Below the pieces are notes generated by a model. That model did no database searches. It had not been told where the DNA came from and worked only from the letters and a program-made list of their open reading frames with translations. Below are positions 1 through 10,225 of a DNA stretch of 64,000 nucleotides, piece after piece. A program made the translations under genes and the position numbers. Every line of letters begins with the position of its first letter. Position 1 is the first letter of the stretch. This stretch comes from a bacterium (GTDB lineage Bacteria; Patescibacteriota; Saccharimonadia; Saccharimonadales; SZUA-47): positions 31,963 through 95,962 of the forward strand of contig JAUHWW010000001.1 of assembly GCA_030427365.1 (NCBI GenBank), in the 5' to 3' direction.

Positions 1-863
1 GAAAAACTCAAAACAAGTATCGCCAGAATTGCGCATAGCCCGGGAATAAGTCCGTCAGCTCTTGTGAGGAATATTGAGCCAAAGGAAACTCCAGCTGCAG
101 CTGCGAGCAAATTAGCTTTTTGAGATTTTTCTCTAATTGCTAATACAAGTAGGCTCAAAGAAGTTAGAAGTAATGTCGCGGACAGCGGTTCAGTAAATGT
201 ATCCCTGGAAAAGTAAACGAGAGGAAAAGATAGCGAGAATGAAACCGCACCAAAGACCGCCCATCGAGGCTTCATATAGAGTGTCATCAGTAAATACAGA
301 GAAAGAATGGCAGTTGCTCCGAATAATGGAGCAACGTCCAGCATTCTTTTTTCCCCTATAAACTTGCCGGCTCCGCCTAGCAGTGCAGGTAGCATGTGTA
401 GACCCTGTGGATCGATCTCGTCCTTATTTGTAACACTTCTCCCAAATCCTGCAGCAGTAAACTCTAAATCGTATTCTGATGAATTTGGATGCTCATTGAC
501 TATTGTTATTGTTTCATTATCGATGAGGTGTCTCCCGCTCACGGTATAGATTGCTGGATCTCTATTAACAAATATGTCTTCAGCGCTGAGAGGGACGTTA
601 TAAAGAAACCATCCAAAAGAAAAAATGAGCATCAAGATACTCGCAATTAGCCACTCCTTAGAAATCTGAGCTTTTAAACCGCTATAGGATGCTTTTGCTA
701 CGAATACGCCAATACTTATTGACACTAGCAAAGCGAGAGCTACTGCAAATGTCAAAAATAGCTTCAGTAAAAGTAATACTATCAACAGACTGCCAAAAAC
801 TGGAAGTGCTATTAGTGGTGTTAGAACAGCCAGAAAAACATAAAAGGATACATTCTTCATCAT
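1..863 (-). CDS. polytopic membrane protein, 5' part only (3' end beyond window edge); GT-C-like glycosyltransferase fold suspected; paralog of 860..2005
   Basis: Continuous open frame on minus strand from ATG at 861-863 (ATGA overlap with stop of upstream gene) to window edge; translation MMKNVSFYVFLAVLTPLIALPVF... with many hydrophobic helices; absent from ORF track because no stop in window. Confidence 0.45.
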   Translation of the reverse strand, partial: MMKNVSFYVFLAVLTPLIALPVFGSLLIVLLLLKLFLTFAVALALLVSISIGVFVAKASYSGLKAQISKEWLIASILMLIFSFGWFLYNVPLSAEDIFVNRDPAIYTVSGRHLIDNETITIVNEHPNSSEYDLEFTAAGFGRSVTNKDEIDPQGLHMLPALLGGAGKFIGEKRMLDVAPLFGATAILSLYLLMTLYMKPRWAVFGAVSFSLSFPLVYFSRDTFTEPLSATLLLTSLSLLVLAIREKSQKANLLAAAAGVSFGSIFLTRADGLIPGLCAILAILVLSF

Positions 864-2005
864 TTATTTTTAGCCTTTTTCATTTTACTAGTTATCCAAG
901 TTTGAGATTCTTTTAAGAAAACGACCGTAGCAAAATTAAATAGAATTAACACCGGTGAAAAATATCTAATACAGTGAAAGGCCAGTTTCTGAGCAGACAC
1001 GTTAGAACCTGCAAGATAGAATCCTAAAAGACCTATAGAAACAAGGGAGTAGAACTTGATTGAAAAAGGATATCTGCGTCCAAACAGGATTAGCAGAATT
1101 CCTGGCAACGCAAGCCAGAGCCACGGTGAGGCCTGAAAAAGCGCTTTCCGGCGAACCTCTGGTCGCTCATCCTCATTACTATCTATGAGCACTTCATTAG
1201 TGTTGCGGACGAGGTTATCTGGCTGAAAATACTTCTCACCGACAGTAACTGAGTAGCTATCATCGTGACCTGATGTTGTGAGACTGCCGAAGGCATTTAA
1301 CTTCGAAATAAGTTGCGGCATTAAAGCGAAGAAAAAAACTGCTCCTGCAACCAAAAACTTCTTCAGGCTGGCTTTTGTAATCAGAAGATAGCCAAGCAAC
1401 AATATAGGCGTAAAAAGTATATACTCTTCTCTTGTTGTAACTCCAAATCCTGCAATAAAACTACTCAAAATTACCATAGTCAAGGACGAACTGTGGTTCT
1501 TTCGTGAAAAAAGCCAGAAAAAGTATGCAAATATGAATATCCCAACTTGATTATTCCAAGGAACAAGAAATACTTCTGTAAGTGTATGGAGTGTTCTTGC
1601 TACACCGTCCCATACAAGCAAAAAACCCAAGAACATTACTGCCCAGCCTCGTCCGAGCAAATTAGATGCAGCTTTAAAAGCAAAAACTACCGTAGCACTA
1701 AGTAGTAGATAGGAAACCAATAAAAATGGGTGCGTAGGCAGAAGGAGCCCCCCAAGCAACCCGAGCAATGAAAAACCAACAGGAAAGTGCAGTTGTGCTC
1801 TACTCGGCAACATCCCCTCTCTCAGAGATGTCACGGTGTTTGTGTATAGCTCTTGATCAGCCCAACCCGCGCCGTTCGTAACGACAGAGTCATCAAAAAA
1901 AACACCTACCCAGAAGGACATGCTACTGACTGCCAAGACTAGCAGAAGTACCCAGTTGCGTTTTGCAAAACTATACACACTCTCGTAGTAGTCACTTATT
2001 TTCAT
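860..2005 (-). CDS. polytopic membrane protein, possible GT-C family glycosyltransferase (ArnT/PMT-like)
   Basis: 381-aa ORF with ~10 predicted TM helices, short cytoplasmic N-terminus; sits at head of glycan locus. Confidence 0.5.
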   Translation of the reverse strand: MKISDYYESVYSFAKRNWVLLLVLAVSSMSFWVGVFFDDSVVTNGAGWADQELYTNTVTSLREGMLPSRAQLHFPVGFSLLGLLGGLLLPTHPFLLVSYLLLSATVVFAFKAASNLLGRGWAVMFLGFLLVWDGVARTLHTLTEVFLVPWNNQVGIFIFAYFFWLFSRKNHSSSLTMVILSSFIAGFGVTTREEYILFTPILLLGYLLITKASLKKFLVAGAVFFFALMPQLISKLNAFGSLTTSGHDDSYSVTVGEKYFQPDNLVRNTNEVLIDSNEDERPEVRRKALFQASPWLWLALPGILLILFGRRYPFSIKFYSLVSIGLLGFYLAGSNVSAQKLAFHCIRYFSPVLILFNFATVVFLKESQTWITSKMKKAKNK

Positions 2006-2103
2006 AGGTTCCCTCTAGTATACAGTCGATTGTATACCGGACCGCTAGTTATCATAAGTAAGCACTAGCGTTTTTTGTAAAATTATGTTATCATCATGAA
2101 GTA

Positions 2104-2658
2104 ATGCGTAATAAAAATCCCCAAAAACAAAAATTACTAATAGGCCTGATTGTACTCCTTATTTTAGGAGCTCTAGCTGCTTTGGTCTACATATCAAATC
2201 GAGATAACAATTCTGCAAATGAGCAAAGCGACGGCAACGTCCAGTCACCGCAGGATATGATCAACTTAGAGCCCCCGACTTCACAAGAACAAGAAGCTGG
2301 GGACGCAATAAAACCTCAGCTTCCCGATGCAGATAGTGAGCCTCAAAACGGAAATTCTGGCGACAGAACAGTCGATCTCGTCATAACCGACGCAAGCCAG
2401 TATGACGATACAATTGAGGTGCGCTCGTTTGTTGCAAACTATATTGAGGATGGAACGTGTACTATGACTTTCAGTCTTGGAAACGAAACTATTACTAGAG
2501 AAACCGTCGCAAAAGCAGATGCATCAACAACTCTTTGTTTAACACTAAACGTGCCTAGAGCTGATTTCCCAAAGAGCGGTAATTGGAAATTAAAAGTCTC
2601 GTACGACGATGGCAAGAGTGCATCAGGTAGCGCAGAGACAACAGTGGTAATAGAATAA
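2104..2658 (+). CDS. membrane-anchored/secreted hypothetical protein with acidic low-complexity linker
   Basis: N-terminal hydrophobic helix LLIGLIVLLILGALAALVYI, D/E/Q-rich linker, ATGA-type overlap with next gene (TAATG at 2656-2660). Confidence 0.45.
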   Translation: MRNKNPQKQKLLIGLIVLLILGALAALVYISNRDNNSANEQSDGNVQSPQDMINLEPPTSQEQEAGDAIKPQLPDADSEPQNGNSGDRTVDLVITDASQYDDTIEVRSFVANYIEDGTCTMTFSLGNETITRETVAKADASTTLCLTLNVPRADFPKSGNWKLKVSYDDGKSASGSAETTVVIE

Positions 2659-4664
2659 TGAACGTAAAAGTTTTTAGAGCAAAATCTGTAAAAATAACGT
2701 TAGCTCTATTACTTTCTGTATTGCTATGCAGTACGTTTCTATTTCAAATGATAGGTGGTCGTTCCGTTAGTGGACTTTCGGGATCAGACTTCGATGCCGG
2801 CAATATAATAAGTGATTCTATATTCTACAATTCTTCGTCTATGTCTACTTCACAGATACAGAGTTTTTTGGACTCTAAAGTACCTGTATGCGACACCAAT
2901 GGTACACAACCCTACGGAGGCACAACCCGTGCAGCATATGGCGCATCAAGGGGCTACCCTGCTCCATATACGTGCCTAAAAGACTACTCACAAAGCGTAC
3001 CCTCTATTACCAATAGTGGAAGTGACCTGTGCGGCGGGAGCATAAGCGGGGGCACAAAATCTGCAGCTCAAATTATCTATGACGTTTCGAAAGCGTGTGG
3101 CATAAATCCTCAGACACTAATTGTTCTATTGCAGAAAGAGCAGTCACTTGTAACGGATGACTGGCCGTGGTCAATACAGTACCGCTCAGCAACAGGATAC
3201 GGCTGTCCCGACACTGCTCCATGTGACAGTGAATACTATGGGTTCTTTAATCAAGTCTACCAAGCAGCCAAGGCTTTCCGTCGCTACGAAGCTAATCCTG
3301 ATAGCTATAACTACAAAGCAGACCGCAATAATTATATCTACTATCATCCTAGTTTGGCTGCTTGCGGAGGTACAAATGTTTTCATTGATAACCAAGCGAC
3401 TGCAAATCTTTATATATATACCCCGTACCAACCAAACACAGCTGCATTAAATAACCTCTATGGAACTGGTGATGGGTGTAGCGCGTATGGCAATCGTAAT
3501 TTTTGGCGTATGTTTAATGATTGGTTTGGATCAACACAATTAAATTACGCAGCTGAAATGATTGAAAGTAAACTCTATACCGATCCAGCTAGAACAAACG
3601 AAACCTCAGGCCTTACGGGATATCCTGCAGGGACGAAACTATATGCCAGAATTACTGCAAAAAATGTTGGCAGTAGAACATGGCTAAAAAGCACAACGAG
3701 GGTTGGTACAAGAAGTCCATTTAATCATGCGAGTAGGTTTTACGATCCCTCGACATGGTTGAGTGCAGCTAGGCCAGCAACCATGAGCGAAAATTCTGTC
3801 CAGCCAGGGGAAGAAGCGACTTTTGATTTTACTTTGCTACTCGACGAAGACAATGGTCAGTATACTGACCAGTTCCAGCTTATCGTAGAGGGTCAGGCGT
3901 GGATGGAATATCGTTCAAGGTTCGATATCACAGCTACATTAGATACTCCTTATCGAGCAAAGCTTGTTTCTAGACGTGTTTATTTAGACCAAGCTCAAAC
4001 AGCAAAAGTTGGAAATACCATTCGACCAGGTGAAAAGCTTTACTGGGAAGTGAAGTATAAAAATACAGGATCAGTTACTTGGACAAACGTTAGCACAAAA
4101 ATAGGTACCGTTGATCCATTGAATCGATCTAGTAGTTTCTTCGACCCAGCGACTTGGGAGTCTGCAAGCCGTCCAACACTCATGGAAGAGTCATCTGTCG
4201 CCACGGGTCAAATTGGTACATTTTTGTATACCTCTGTCTCACCCGGATCTGATGGCTTCTTTACCGAGTCTTTAGGTCTGGTGGTTGAGTCGATGGCTTG
4301 GATAAGCAACTCTCATTTCTCTGATGTCATAAGATCCTCAAGTACTATTGACAGGCTATTTGGCGGAGAGAGACTGCTGCCGGGTACTGAGCTCCGTTCT
4401 AGTGGTCACCGACTTATAATGCAAGGTGATGGAAACCTGGTTGTCTACAATCCAGAAGGGCAAGCAACTTGGAACTCTGGAACGTCTGGTGGTAATCGAT
4501 TCATTATGCAAGGTGATGGAAACCTAGTTATGTACAATTCGAGTAATAAGGCGATTTGGTCAAGTGGGACCAAAGGTGGTAATCGATTCATTATGCAAGG
4601 TGATGGAAACCTGGTTATGTACAATTCGAGTAATAAGGCGATTTGGAGTTCAGGAGCTAATTGA
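2658..4664 (+). CDS. secreted protein with C-terminal bulb-type (B-/GNA-like) mannose-binding lectin domain and two internal ~85-aa repeats
   Basis: Signal/TM at N-terminus; three consecutive QxDxNxVxY motifs (MQGDGNLVVY, MQGDGNLVMY x2) in last ~95 aa = one beta-prism II lectin domain; internal repeat TRVGTRSPFNHASRFYDPSTWLSAARPATMSENSV / TKIGTVDPLNRSSSFFDPATWESASRPTLMEESSV. Confidence 0.7.
   Translation: MNVKVFRAKSVKITLALLLSVLLCSTFLFQMIGGRSVSGLSGSDFDAGNIISDSIFYNSSSMSTSQIQSFLDSKVPVCDTNGTQPYGGTTRAAYGASRGYPAPYTCLKDYSQSVPSITNSGSDLCGGSISGGTKSAAQIIYDVSKACGINPQTLIVLLQKEQSLVTDDWPWSIQYRSATGYGCPDTAPCDSEYYGFFNQVYQAAKAFRRYEANPDSYNYKADRNNYIYYHPSLAACGGTNVFIDNQATANLYIYTPYQPNTAALNNLYGTGDGCSAYGNRNFWRMFNDWFGSTQLNYAAEMIESKLYTDPARTNETSGLTGYPAGTKLYARITAKNVGSRTWLKSTTRVGTRSPFNHASRFYDPSTWLSAARPATMSENSVQPGEEATFDFTLLLDEDNGQYTDQFQLIVEGQAWMEYRSRFDITATLDTPYRAKLVSRRVYLDQAQTAKVGNTIRPGEKLYWEVKYKNTGSVTWTNVSTKIGTVDPLNRSSSFFDPATWESASRPTLMEESSVATGQIGTFLYTSVSPGSDGFFTESLGLVVESMAWISNSHFSDVIRSSSTIDRLFGGERLLPGTELRSSGHRLIMQGDGNLVVYNPEGQATWNSGTSGGNRFIMQGDGNLVMYNSSNKAIWSSGTKGGNRFIMQGDGNLVMYNSSNKAIWSSGAN
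4405..4664 (+). repeat. 81-bp-period in-frame tandem repeat (3 copies, last two near-identical at nucleotide level) encoding the three lectin sub-sites
   Basis: ggtaatcgattcattatgcaaggtgatggaaacct[a/g]gttatgtacaattcgagtaataaggcgatttgg occurs at ~4495 and ~4576; diverged copy at ~4414. Confidence 0.7.
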
Positions 4665-4714
4665 AGCGTGGAAAGTGACTACCCTAGTCTTCGTGACTGA
4701 TATAATTATTCGAC

Positions 4715-5884
4715 ATGGCTGTTAATAATATTTTCTTTGAAGGTCTTGGCTTGGTAGAGGGGCACTTTAGCGGAATTGGTCAATATATCCTAGGAATCCT
4801 AAAAGGTGTAGATGAAGAGATTGATAAGAGAATGCTCATGGGTGAACAAACCCCAAAGGTGTTCGTTATCATTCCATATGACACGTACCCCCGCTTTCAG
4901 GAGTACAATTTTAAACACATACGAGCAAAAAAGCTCCCTTTGAAGTTTAAGTACGTGGCGGCTTTGTGGCACAGAGGAATGATGCCTCCGCTGGATTTAT
5001 TTTTTGGAAAAGGTCATTATATCTTTACTCGTTTTGTAACTATGCCCGTCTTGTTTAGTAAGTCTTCAGTTGTTATATACGATCTCTCTTTTGAACTATA
5101 CGCAGACTTTGCTGATGCTAAAAATGCTAAGTTCTTATCCAAAGGTACTCGAAAATCAATTAAGTCAGTCGATAATGTATTCACAATTTCACAAAACTCC
5201 AAACGCGAAATTGCAGATTTCTACGGTTTTCCAAAATCAAAAATCTATGTCGCGACACCTGCTGCCGATCAGGCCTACTTTTACCGACGTAGTGATAAAG
5301 AAATAGAAAATATAAAGAGAAAGTACGGCATAGGGAAAAACTATATCCTTGCTCTTTCAAATCTAGAGCCCAGAAAAAACCTTGAGACACTTGTTGACGC
5401 ATACTGTCAGCTCCCCGCAAATATAAGAAATACGTACAGCCTTCTTTTGGTGGGAGTAAGTGGATGGAGAACTGATGCCCTTTTTTCAAAAATCAAAGAT
5501 CTTGTTGCAGAAGGCTACGATATTATCCGGCCGAATGAATACGTCTCTGACATTGATAAGCCAGCAATTATTTCTGGCACTTCAGTCCTTGTATATCCTA
5601 GCCATTATGAGGGGTTTGGCATGCCGCCCCTTGAAGCACTTGCATGTGGAGTACCTGTAATTACGGCTGATAATTCTTCCTTGCCAGAAGTAGTGGGAGA
5701 CGCAGGCACCATGCTGGACTGTAATGATGTTGATGGCTTCACAAGACAGATTGCAAAACACCTGGAAAATTCCGAGAAGACAAAAAAGGAATTCATGAAA
5801 ACCGGACCAATACAAGCAGAGAAATTTGATTGGCAAAAAAGTGCAAACGTCTACTTATCGGCTGTGCTCGGAGATAGAGAATGA
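4715..5884 (+). CDS. glycosyltransferase family 4 (GT-B, retaining)
   Basis: C-terminal EGFGMPPLEALACGVPVI motif (E-x7-E GT4 signature). Confidence 0.8.
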   Translation: MAVNNIFFEGLGLVEGHFSGIGQYILGILKGVDEEIDKRMLMGEQTPKVFVIIPYDTYPRFQEYNFKHIRAKKLPLKFKYVAALWHRGMMPPLDLFFGKGHYIFTRFVTMPVLFSKSSVVIYDLSFELYADFADAKNAKFLSKGTRKSIKSVDNVFTISQNSKREIADFYGFPKSKIYVATPAADQAYFYRRSDKEIENIKRKYGIGKNYILALSNLEPRKNLETLVDAYCQLPANIRNTYSLLLVGVSGWRTDALFSKIKDLVAEGYDIIRPNEYVSDIDKPAIISGTSVLVYPSHYEGFGMPPLEALACGVPVITADNSSLPEVVGDAGTMLDCNDVDGFTRQIAKHLENSEKTKKEFMKTGPIQAEKFDWQKSANVYLSAVLGDRE

Positions 5885-7170
5885 GAATCGGGATAGACCT
5901 TACAGTGTTACAAACCGCTCATCGTATGAGAGGCATAGGCTATACTCTCATAAACTTTCTTAACTACATGCCCGAAGCACAAAAAAAAGACCACACCTTT
6001 ATCTTCTACATAGACAGCGCTTCAGACGACCCACTTCAGTTAGTGAATCTAGATGGTTATAAGTATGAAAAACGATTAGTTTCGGGTACCTCAGTAAAAG
6101 TTGAAAATTCAAGAGATAAGGGTAAGGTACATTTTATAAAAACAGGCGTCCGTAATCAGTTTGTCGTACTTCGAGATTCAGTATTCGGTGATTCAAGAAT
6201 TACTAATCTTGAAGACGTTGACTACTTCATACAGTTTGATCAGAACCAACCAGTTCCAAATAAACGAAAGGTGCGCTCTACCCTTATACTGTATGACCTA
6301 ATACCTTTTGTTATGGAGTCTGACTATTTATGGGGCTACAAAACTGCTCGTGCACATGGTAGGAGCAGGAAGAACGCAGCTAGACTAGCTGCAAAAAGAC
6401 TTACGTATTATTGGACAACCAAACTTAACTGCAAGAATGCCGATTCTCTTATTGCGATATCGGAGCATACTAAAAAAGACTTTATAAAATTCTTATCAGT
6501 TCCTAAAGAGAAAATTAGTGTTGTTCTGTTGGGGGTGGAAAATGATAAGGCTAAAAGCAGTAAGAAACCTTCATTTAGTCGATTTATTGAAACGAGTTGG
6601 GGCCCAATGCCTCGCAAAACTAAATTACCTGAAAAATTCATTCTGTATTTGGGGGGTGGTGATCAGCGCAGGAAACTTGTCGACCTATTAGCTGCATTTA
6701 ACAGCCTTCGTGCGCAAGAAAAAGAAATTTCACTAGTAATGGCGGGTGATATCATGAGAGGTCCAGGCACAACACCTATCAAGGAGCATAGGGACTACTA
6801 CAAATCAGTATCCTATATTGATGATATCTATTTTCTTGGCTTTGTATCTGATGATGAGAGACAGTATCTCTATGAAAATGCTCTAGCCTGTGTATACCCA
6901 AGTGTCTATGAGGGGTTTGGGCTGCCCGTACTAGAGGCTATGAAACACAGTTGTCCTGTTATCACCTATAATAATTCTTCGATTCCTGAAGTTGGGGGTG
7001 ATGCAGCTCTCTATGCATCAGACCAAAAAACGATTAGAAAGCAGCTCGTGAAACTAATTGATGACAATAGCTTCAGAAAAGAAATGGTTGAGAAAAGCGA
7101 AAAACAAGCTCAAAAGTTTGGCTGGGAGCAAACGGCCACATCTATTTTAGAAGAAATTCTTAAGTCTTAG
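5881..7170 (+). CDS. glycosyltransferase family 4
   Basis: EGFGLPVLEAMKHSCPVIT motif; ATGA overlap with upstream GT4. Confidence 0.8.
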   Translation: MRIGIDLTVLQTAHRMRGIGYTLINFLNYMPEAQKKDHTFIFYIDSASDDPLQLVNLDGYKYEKRLVSGTSVKVENSRDKGKVHFIKTGVRNQFVVLRDSVFGDSRITNLEDVDYFIQFDQNQPVPNKRKVRSTLILYDLIPFVMESDYLWGYKTARAHGRSRKNAARLAAKRLTYYWTTKLNCKNADSLIAISEHTKKDFIKFLSVPKEKISVVLLGVENDKAKSSKKPSFSRFIETSWGPMPRKTKLPEKFILYLGGGDQRRKLVDLLAAFNSLRAQEKEISLVMAGDIMRGPGTTPIKEHRDYYKSVSYIDDIYFLGFVSDDERQYLYENALACVYPSVYEGFGLPVLEAMKHSCPVITYNNSSIPEVGGDAALYASDQKTIRKQLVKLIDDNSFRKEMVEKSEKQAQKFGWEQTATSILEEILKS

Positions 7171-8031
7171 ATAAAGCTCTGCAAAAAATCTTCTACTTAG
7201 ATATTTGATACTATGCTGTTTGCTGGAAAGATCTGCGTAGTTGTTTGAGATCGCAACAAGCTCTGAGTGCTGCTTTTCAGTAATATGCACATACTCTTCA
7301 AGCTTGACTAATATTGATTTCTTTTCTTGTTTAAATGCTTTTGCGTGATGCTCTCGGATCGAGCGGTGGGCTATCTTTGCTGCCTCTTCAGCAAAACCAC
7401 TCAACATGGCCTGTTTTTCAGAATTAAGCAAGTAATACTCATTGAGTCCGTCAAAAATTGCCATACTGTAGCCAGACTTTTCAAGAAACTTATTCCACCC
7501 ATCCTTGCTGTTTCGATGATTCGCTTCTATGCAAATTACTCTTGGATGAAATAGCTTCCAATCATTACTTCTTACTACAGCACCTTCGGCGCCTTCTACA
7601 TCTATCTTTATAAAGTCTACCCTAGTATTTTTTGCATATTTAGCAAAAATCTCTTTTAAGGTAATCGATTTTACCCTATAGTCTAGGAAATCAATTTTTG
7701 TACCTGTTTCTTTTATTGACTCTGTGTCTGTGGTTGATAACCCATCATGATTAGGGTACTCTCTGAATTCTACTGTCCCCGGAGTGTCAGAGACAACTGC
7801 CTGTATATTTATATCTCTAGTTCGTTTTTTGTCGAATTTCTTTATTAGCCTTTCAATAGGTTCTACATTGACTCCTGACCATCCTTTCTTATAAAAATAC
7901 TTTGTTACTGAATGATACTCTTCGTGATTTGCTCCTACATCAATATAGAAGCCTTTTTTCACATTTCTAAGTAAAGCAGCTAAAACAATGTCTTCATGAT
8001 ACTGAGCGTAAACTACGTCTAAGTTGTCCAT
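7147..8031 (-). CDS. FkbM-family SAM-dependent methyltransferase
   Basis: YIDVGANHEEY and FIKIDVEGAEGAV motifs typical of Methyltransf_21/FkbM. Confidence 0.7.
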   Translation of the reverse strand: MDNLDVVYAQYHEDIVLAALLRNVKKGFYIDVGANHEEYHSVTKYFYKKGWSGVNVEPIERLIKKFDKKRTRDINIQAVVSDTPGTVEFREYPNHDGLSTTDTESIKETGTKIDFLDYRVKSITLKEIFAKYAKNTRVDFIKIDVEGAEGAVVRSNDWKLFHPRVICIEANHRNSKDGWNKFLEKSGYSMAIFDGLNEYYLLNSEKQAMLSGFAEEAAKIAHRSIREHHAKAFKQEKKSILVKLEEYVHITEKQHSELVAISNNYADLSSKQHSIKYLSRRFFAELYLRLKNFF

Positions 8032-8043
8032 GCGGCGTAAAAT

Positions 8044-9030
8044 CTAGCCTTCCTTTTTGTGTTTATTTACTAGTGAAGCTAATAGTGCAACATCTTCTTC
8101 AGGAGACCTAAATAGCGAATCGTCACTGTGACATAAAGACGTCTCTATGCGCAAATCTTTATCTTCATTTGAGAATGATGCAACTATTAACCCATCGCCA
8201 CTGAACGATTCGGCAATGGTATGAGAGGATACTATGTGTGCGCCGTTTTCCCTTAAGAATGTCAAACATTCGCTATGTGTGTTCGGATTCCTCGAGAAAT
8301 AATAATGATGCGTAGAAACAAATACAAACCTAATTTTTTGTTGTTTGATAGATTTTATTGACCCTTTTAGTGCATCGAGTTCAACACCCTGAACATCCAT
8401 GTGTAAAATACCTACTTTTTTGATCGAATTCTCTGAAACAATGGAATCAACGCTTCTTACTTCAACTGTAACTTCCTCGGCTGGATTCGAGTCGAGGGGT
8501 AAACTAATCTTGACACCATTTTGACTCCCGGCAGCTGCGCTTAAGAAAGTGGCATCCATGCCGTTCAATTCCGCATTTAACTCTCCGACGGCTCTATTTT
8601 TTGGGTCTGGTTCCGAGCAAAATGCTTTAGATCCTTTTATAGCTGAGAGAAACCACAGTGAATAATAGGACCAAAAGCTACCGAGCTCAATTATTGCTGA
8701 GCCTGCCTCTACCCTTTTCAGCACTTCATAAAAAAGTTTCTCTTCTTGGGGTTCATGATGACCTTTTAAGTCTTTGATTATTTCCGACATCCACTCACCA
8801 TGATATCCCCCCAAAGAAACCCTGAGCCCATTGTGCATTATTTGTACTTTTCCTTTGGTTGTATCCTCAATTAATCCTGCATGTTCAACTTTTGGAATAT
8901 AATCAGTGTCTCTGCATGAAACAGTCATCTGCTTGCGCTGATGCTCGTCTTTAGACCAAAGTCCCGGGGCATCAATTAGATATTGAACGGGGTCGGGCAT
9001 TTGATTATGTTTGGTCTTTTTTCTTAACAT
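8044..9030 (-). CDS. FkbM-like methyltransferase (divergent)
   Basis: IELGSFWSYYS and LHMDVQGVELDAL positionally equivalent to FkbM motifs; 1-nt overlap with ABC ATPase gene. Confidence 0.5.
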   Translation of the reverse strand: MLRKKTKHNQMPDPVQYLIDAPGLWSKDEHQRKQMTVSCRDTDYIPKVEHAGLIEDTTKGKVQIMHNGLRVSLGGYHGEWMSEIIKDLKGHHEPQEEKLFYEVLKRVEAGSAIIELGSFWSYYSLWFLSAIKGSKAFCSEPDPKNRAVGELNAELNGMDATFLSAAAGSQNGVKISLPLDSNPAEEVTVEVRSVDSIVSENSIKKVGILHMDVQGVELDALKGSIKSIKQQKIRFVFVSTHHYYFSRNPNTHSECLTFLRENGAHIVSSHTIAESFSGDGLIVASFSNEDKDLRIETSLCHSDDSLFRSPEEDVALLASLVNKHKKEG

Positions 9031-10223
9031 TACTTAGCTCCTTTTAGGGTCACGCTGCACTTCACTTCAGGATTTGTAATCGATGGTACGCGCCTTTTTC
9101 CTTTCATCAGAAGTTGCACTGCATCCTCTTGCCAATCAAAAACCGTTACCCCGTCACCACCTAAAACTGCCAGGTCTACTGTATGTATGCCGTTATTCAG
9201 GTAGTTCGGCATGTCAAAGCTAACAAGATACCTTTCTTTTTCATTAAGACCAATTGTTTCAAGCTCTAATAATTTTGAATTGGAGGCTATAATAGACAAT
9301 CCTTCACCGTTCTTTATCGAAAATCCATAGACAATGTCCTGAATCTTTCTATGTGCTTTAATTTGAAATTTAATACTGATACCTGTTTTTGATGCTTTAG
9401 CCTGAATGTCTTCGATTGTCGCCTCCATTGTGCCCCACCGACTGTCACTATTTCTAGTTGAGAGTGATTCAGTTTCCGTAAATAGCTGCGTGTATTTCTT
9501 AGCGGCAGTCCTCGCATCGCCATACTCTGCTACCTTACCGTCGTCTATTAGAACTGCCTTGTCACAATACTCTCTAACTGCATCCATGTCATGGCTGACA
9601 AAAACGACCGTCTTCTTGTTTTTCTTCAGTGTCTTGAAATAATCAAAGCATTTCCGTTGAAAATCCGCATCACCAACGGCCAGCACTTCGTCTAGCAGCA
9701 GTATGTCTGAGTCGGCGAGGATGGTTGCAACAGAAAATGCCAGGCGTACCTGCATGCCCGAGCTGTAGTTCTTGAGCTTTTGACCCATGAACTTTTCGAG
9801 TTCTGCGAACTCAACAATAGCATCGTACTTTTCATCGACTTGTTTTTCAGTGAAGCCCAGCAGTGCGCCATTGAGATAGACGTTGTCACGACCACTAAGC
9901 TCTGGGTTAAACCCAACACCAAGTTCAATAAATGGTACGATTTTCCCTGTGGTTTCAATTGAACCTTTTGTAGGTTGGTAAATACCAGCAAGCATCTTGA
10001 GCAGCGTACTTTTTCCGCTTCCGTTGCGGCCAACAATGCCAAAGAATTCGCCCTTTTTTACCTCAAAACTAACCCCATGTAAGGCTTTCTGCACTTCGAA
10101 CTCGCGGTATTTTTTAAGCTTCGCCATGTTTGTAAACAAGGTCTTAATTGATCCGGCTTTTGACGTCGGCAAACGGAATGATTTGTGGACGTTCTTTACT
10201 GAAATGACTGTTTGATCATCCAT
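9030..10223 (-). CDS. polysaccharide ABC exporter ATP-binding protein (Wzt/TagH-type) with ~150-aa C-terminal extension (putative glycan-binding domain)
   Basis: Walker A GRNGSGKST, signature YSSGMQVRLAF, Walker B ILLLDE; C-terminal beta-rich extension as in Wzt. Confidence 0.85.
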   Translation of the reverse strand: MDDQTVISVKNVHKSFRLPTSKAGSIKTLFTNMAKLKKYREFEVQKALHGVSFEVKKGEFFGIVGRNGSGKSTLLKMLAGIYQPTKGSIETTGKIVPFIELGVGFNPELSGRDNVYLNGALLGFTEKQVDEKYDAIVEFAELEKFMGQKLKNYSSGMQVRLAFSVATILADSDILLLDEVLAVGDADFQRKCFDYFKTLKKNKKTVVFVSHDMDAVREYCDKAVLIDDGKVAEYGDARTAAKKYTQLFTETESLSTRNSDSRWGTMEATIEDIQAKASKTGISIKFQIKAHRKIQDIVYGFSIKNGEGLSIIASNSKLLELETIGLNEKERYLVSFDMPNYLNNGIHTVDLAVLGGDGVTVFDWQEDAVQLLMKGKRRVPSITNPEVKCSVTLKGAK

Positions 10224-10225
10224 AA

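Noticed and set aside
3157-3450. ORF-track entries 3157..3450(+) and 3186..3431(-) inside the lectin-protein gene
   Set aside because: Fully contained in a 668-aa ORF with coherent domain structure; translations are low-complexity with no motifs - shadow ORFs.
4405-4664. Possibility that the near-identical direct repeats are a small CRISPR array
   Set aside because: Repeats are 81-bp-period, in-frame, encode the QxDxNxVxY lectin motifs, have no unique spacers and no cas genes nearby.
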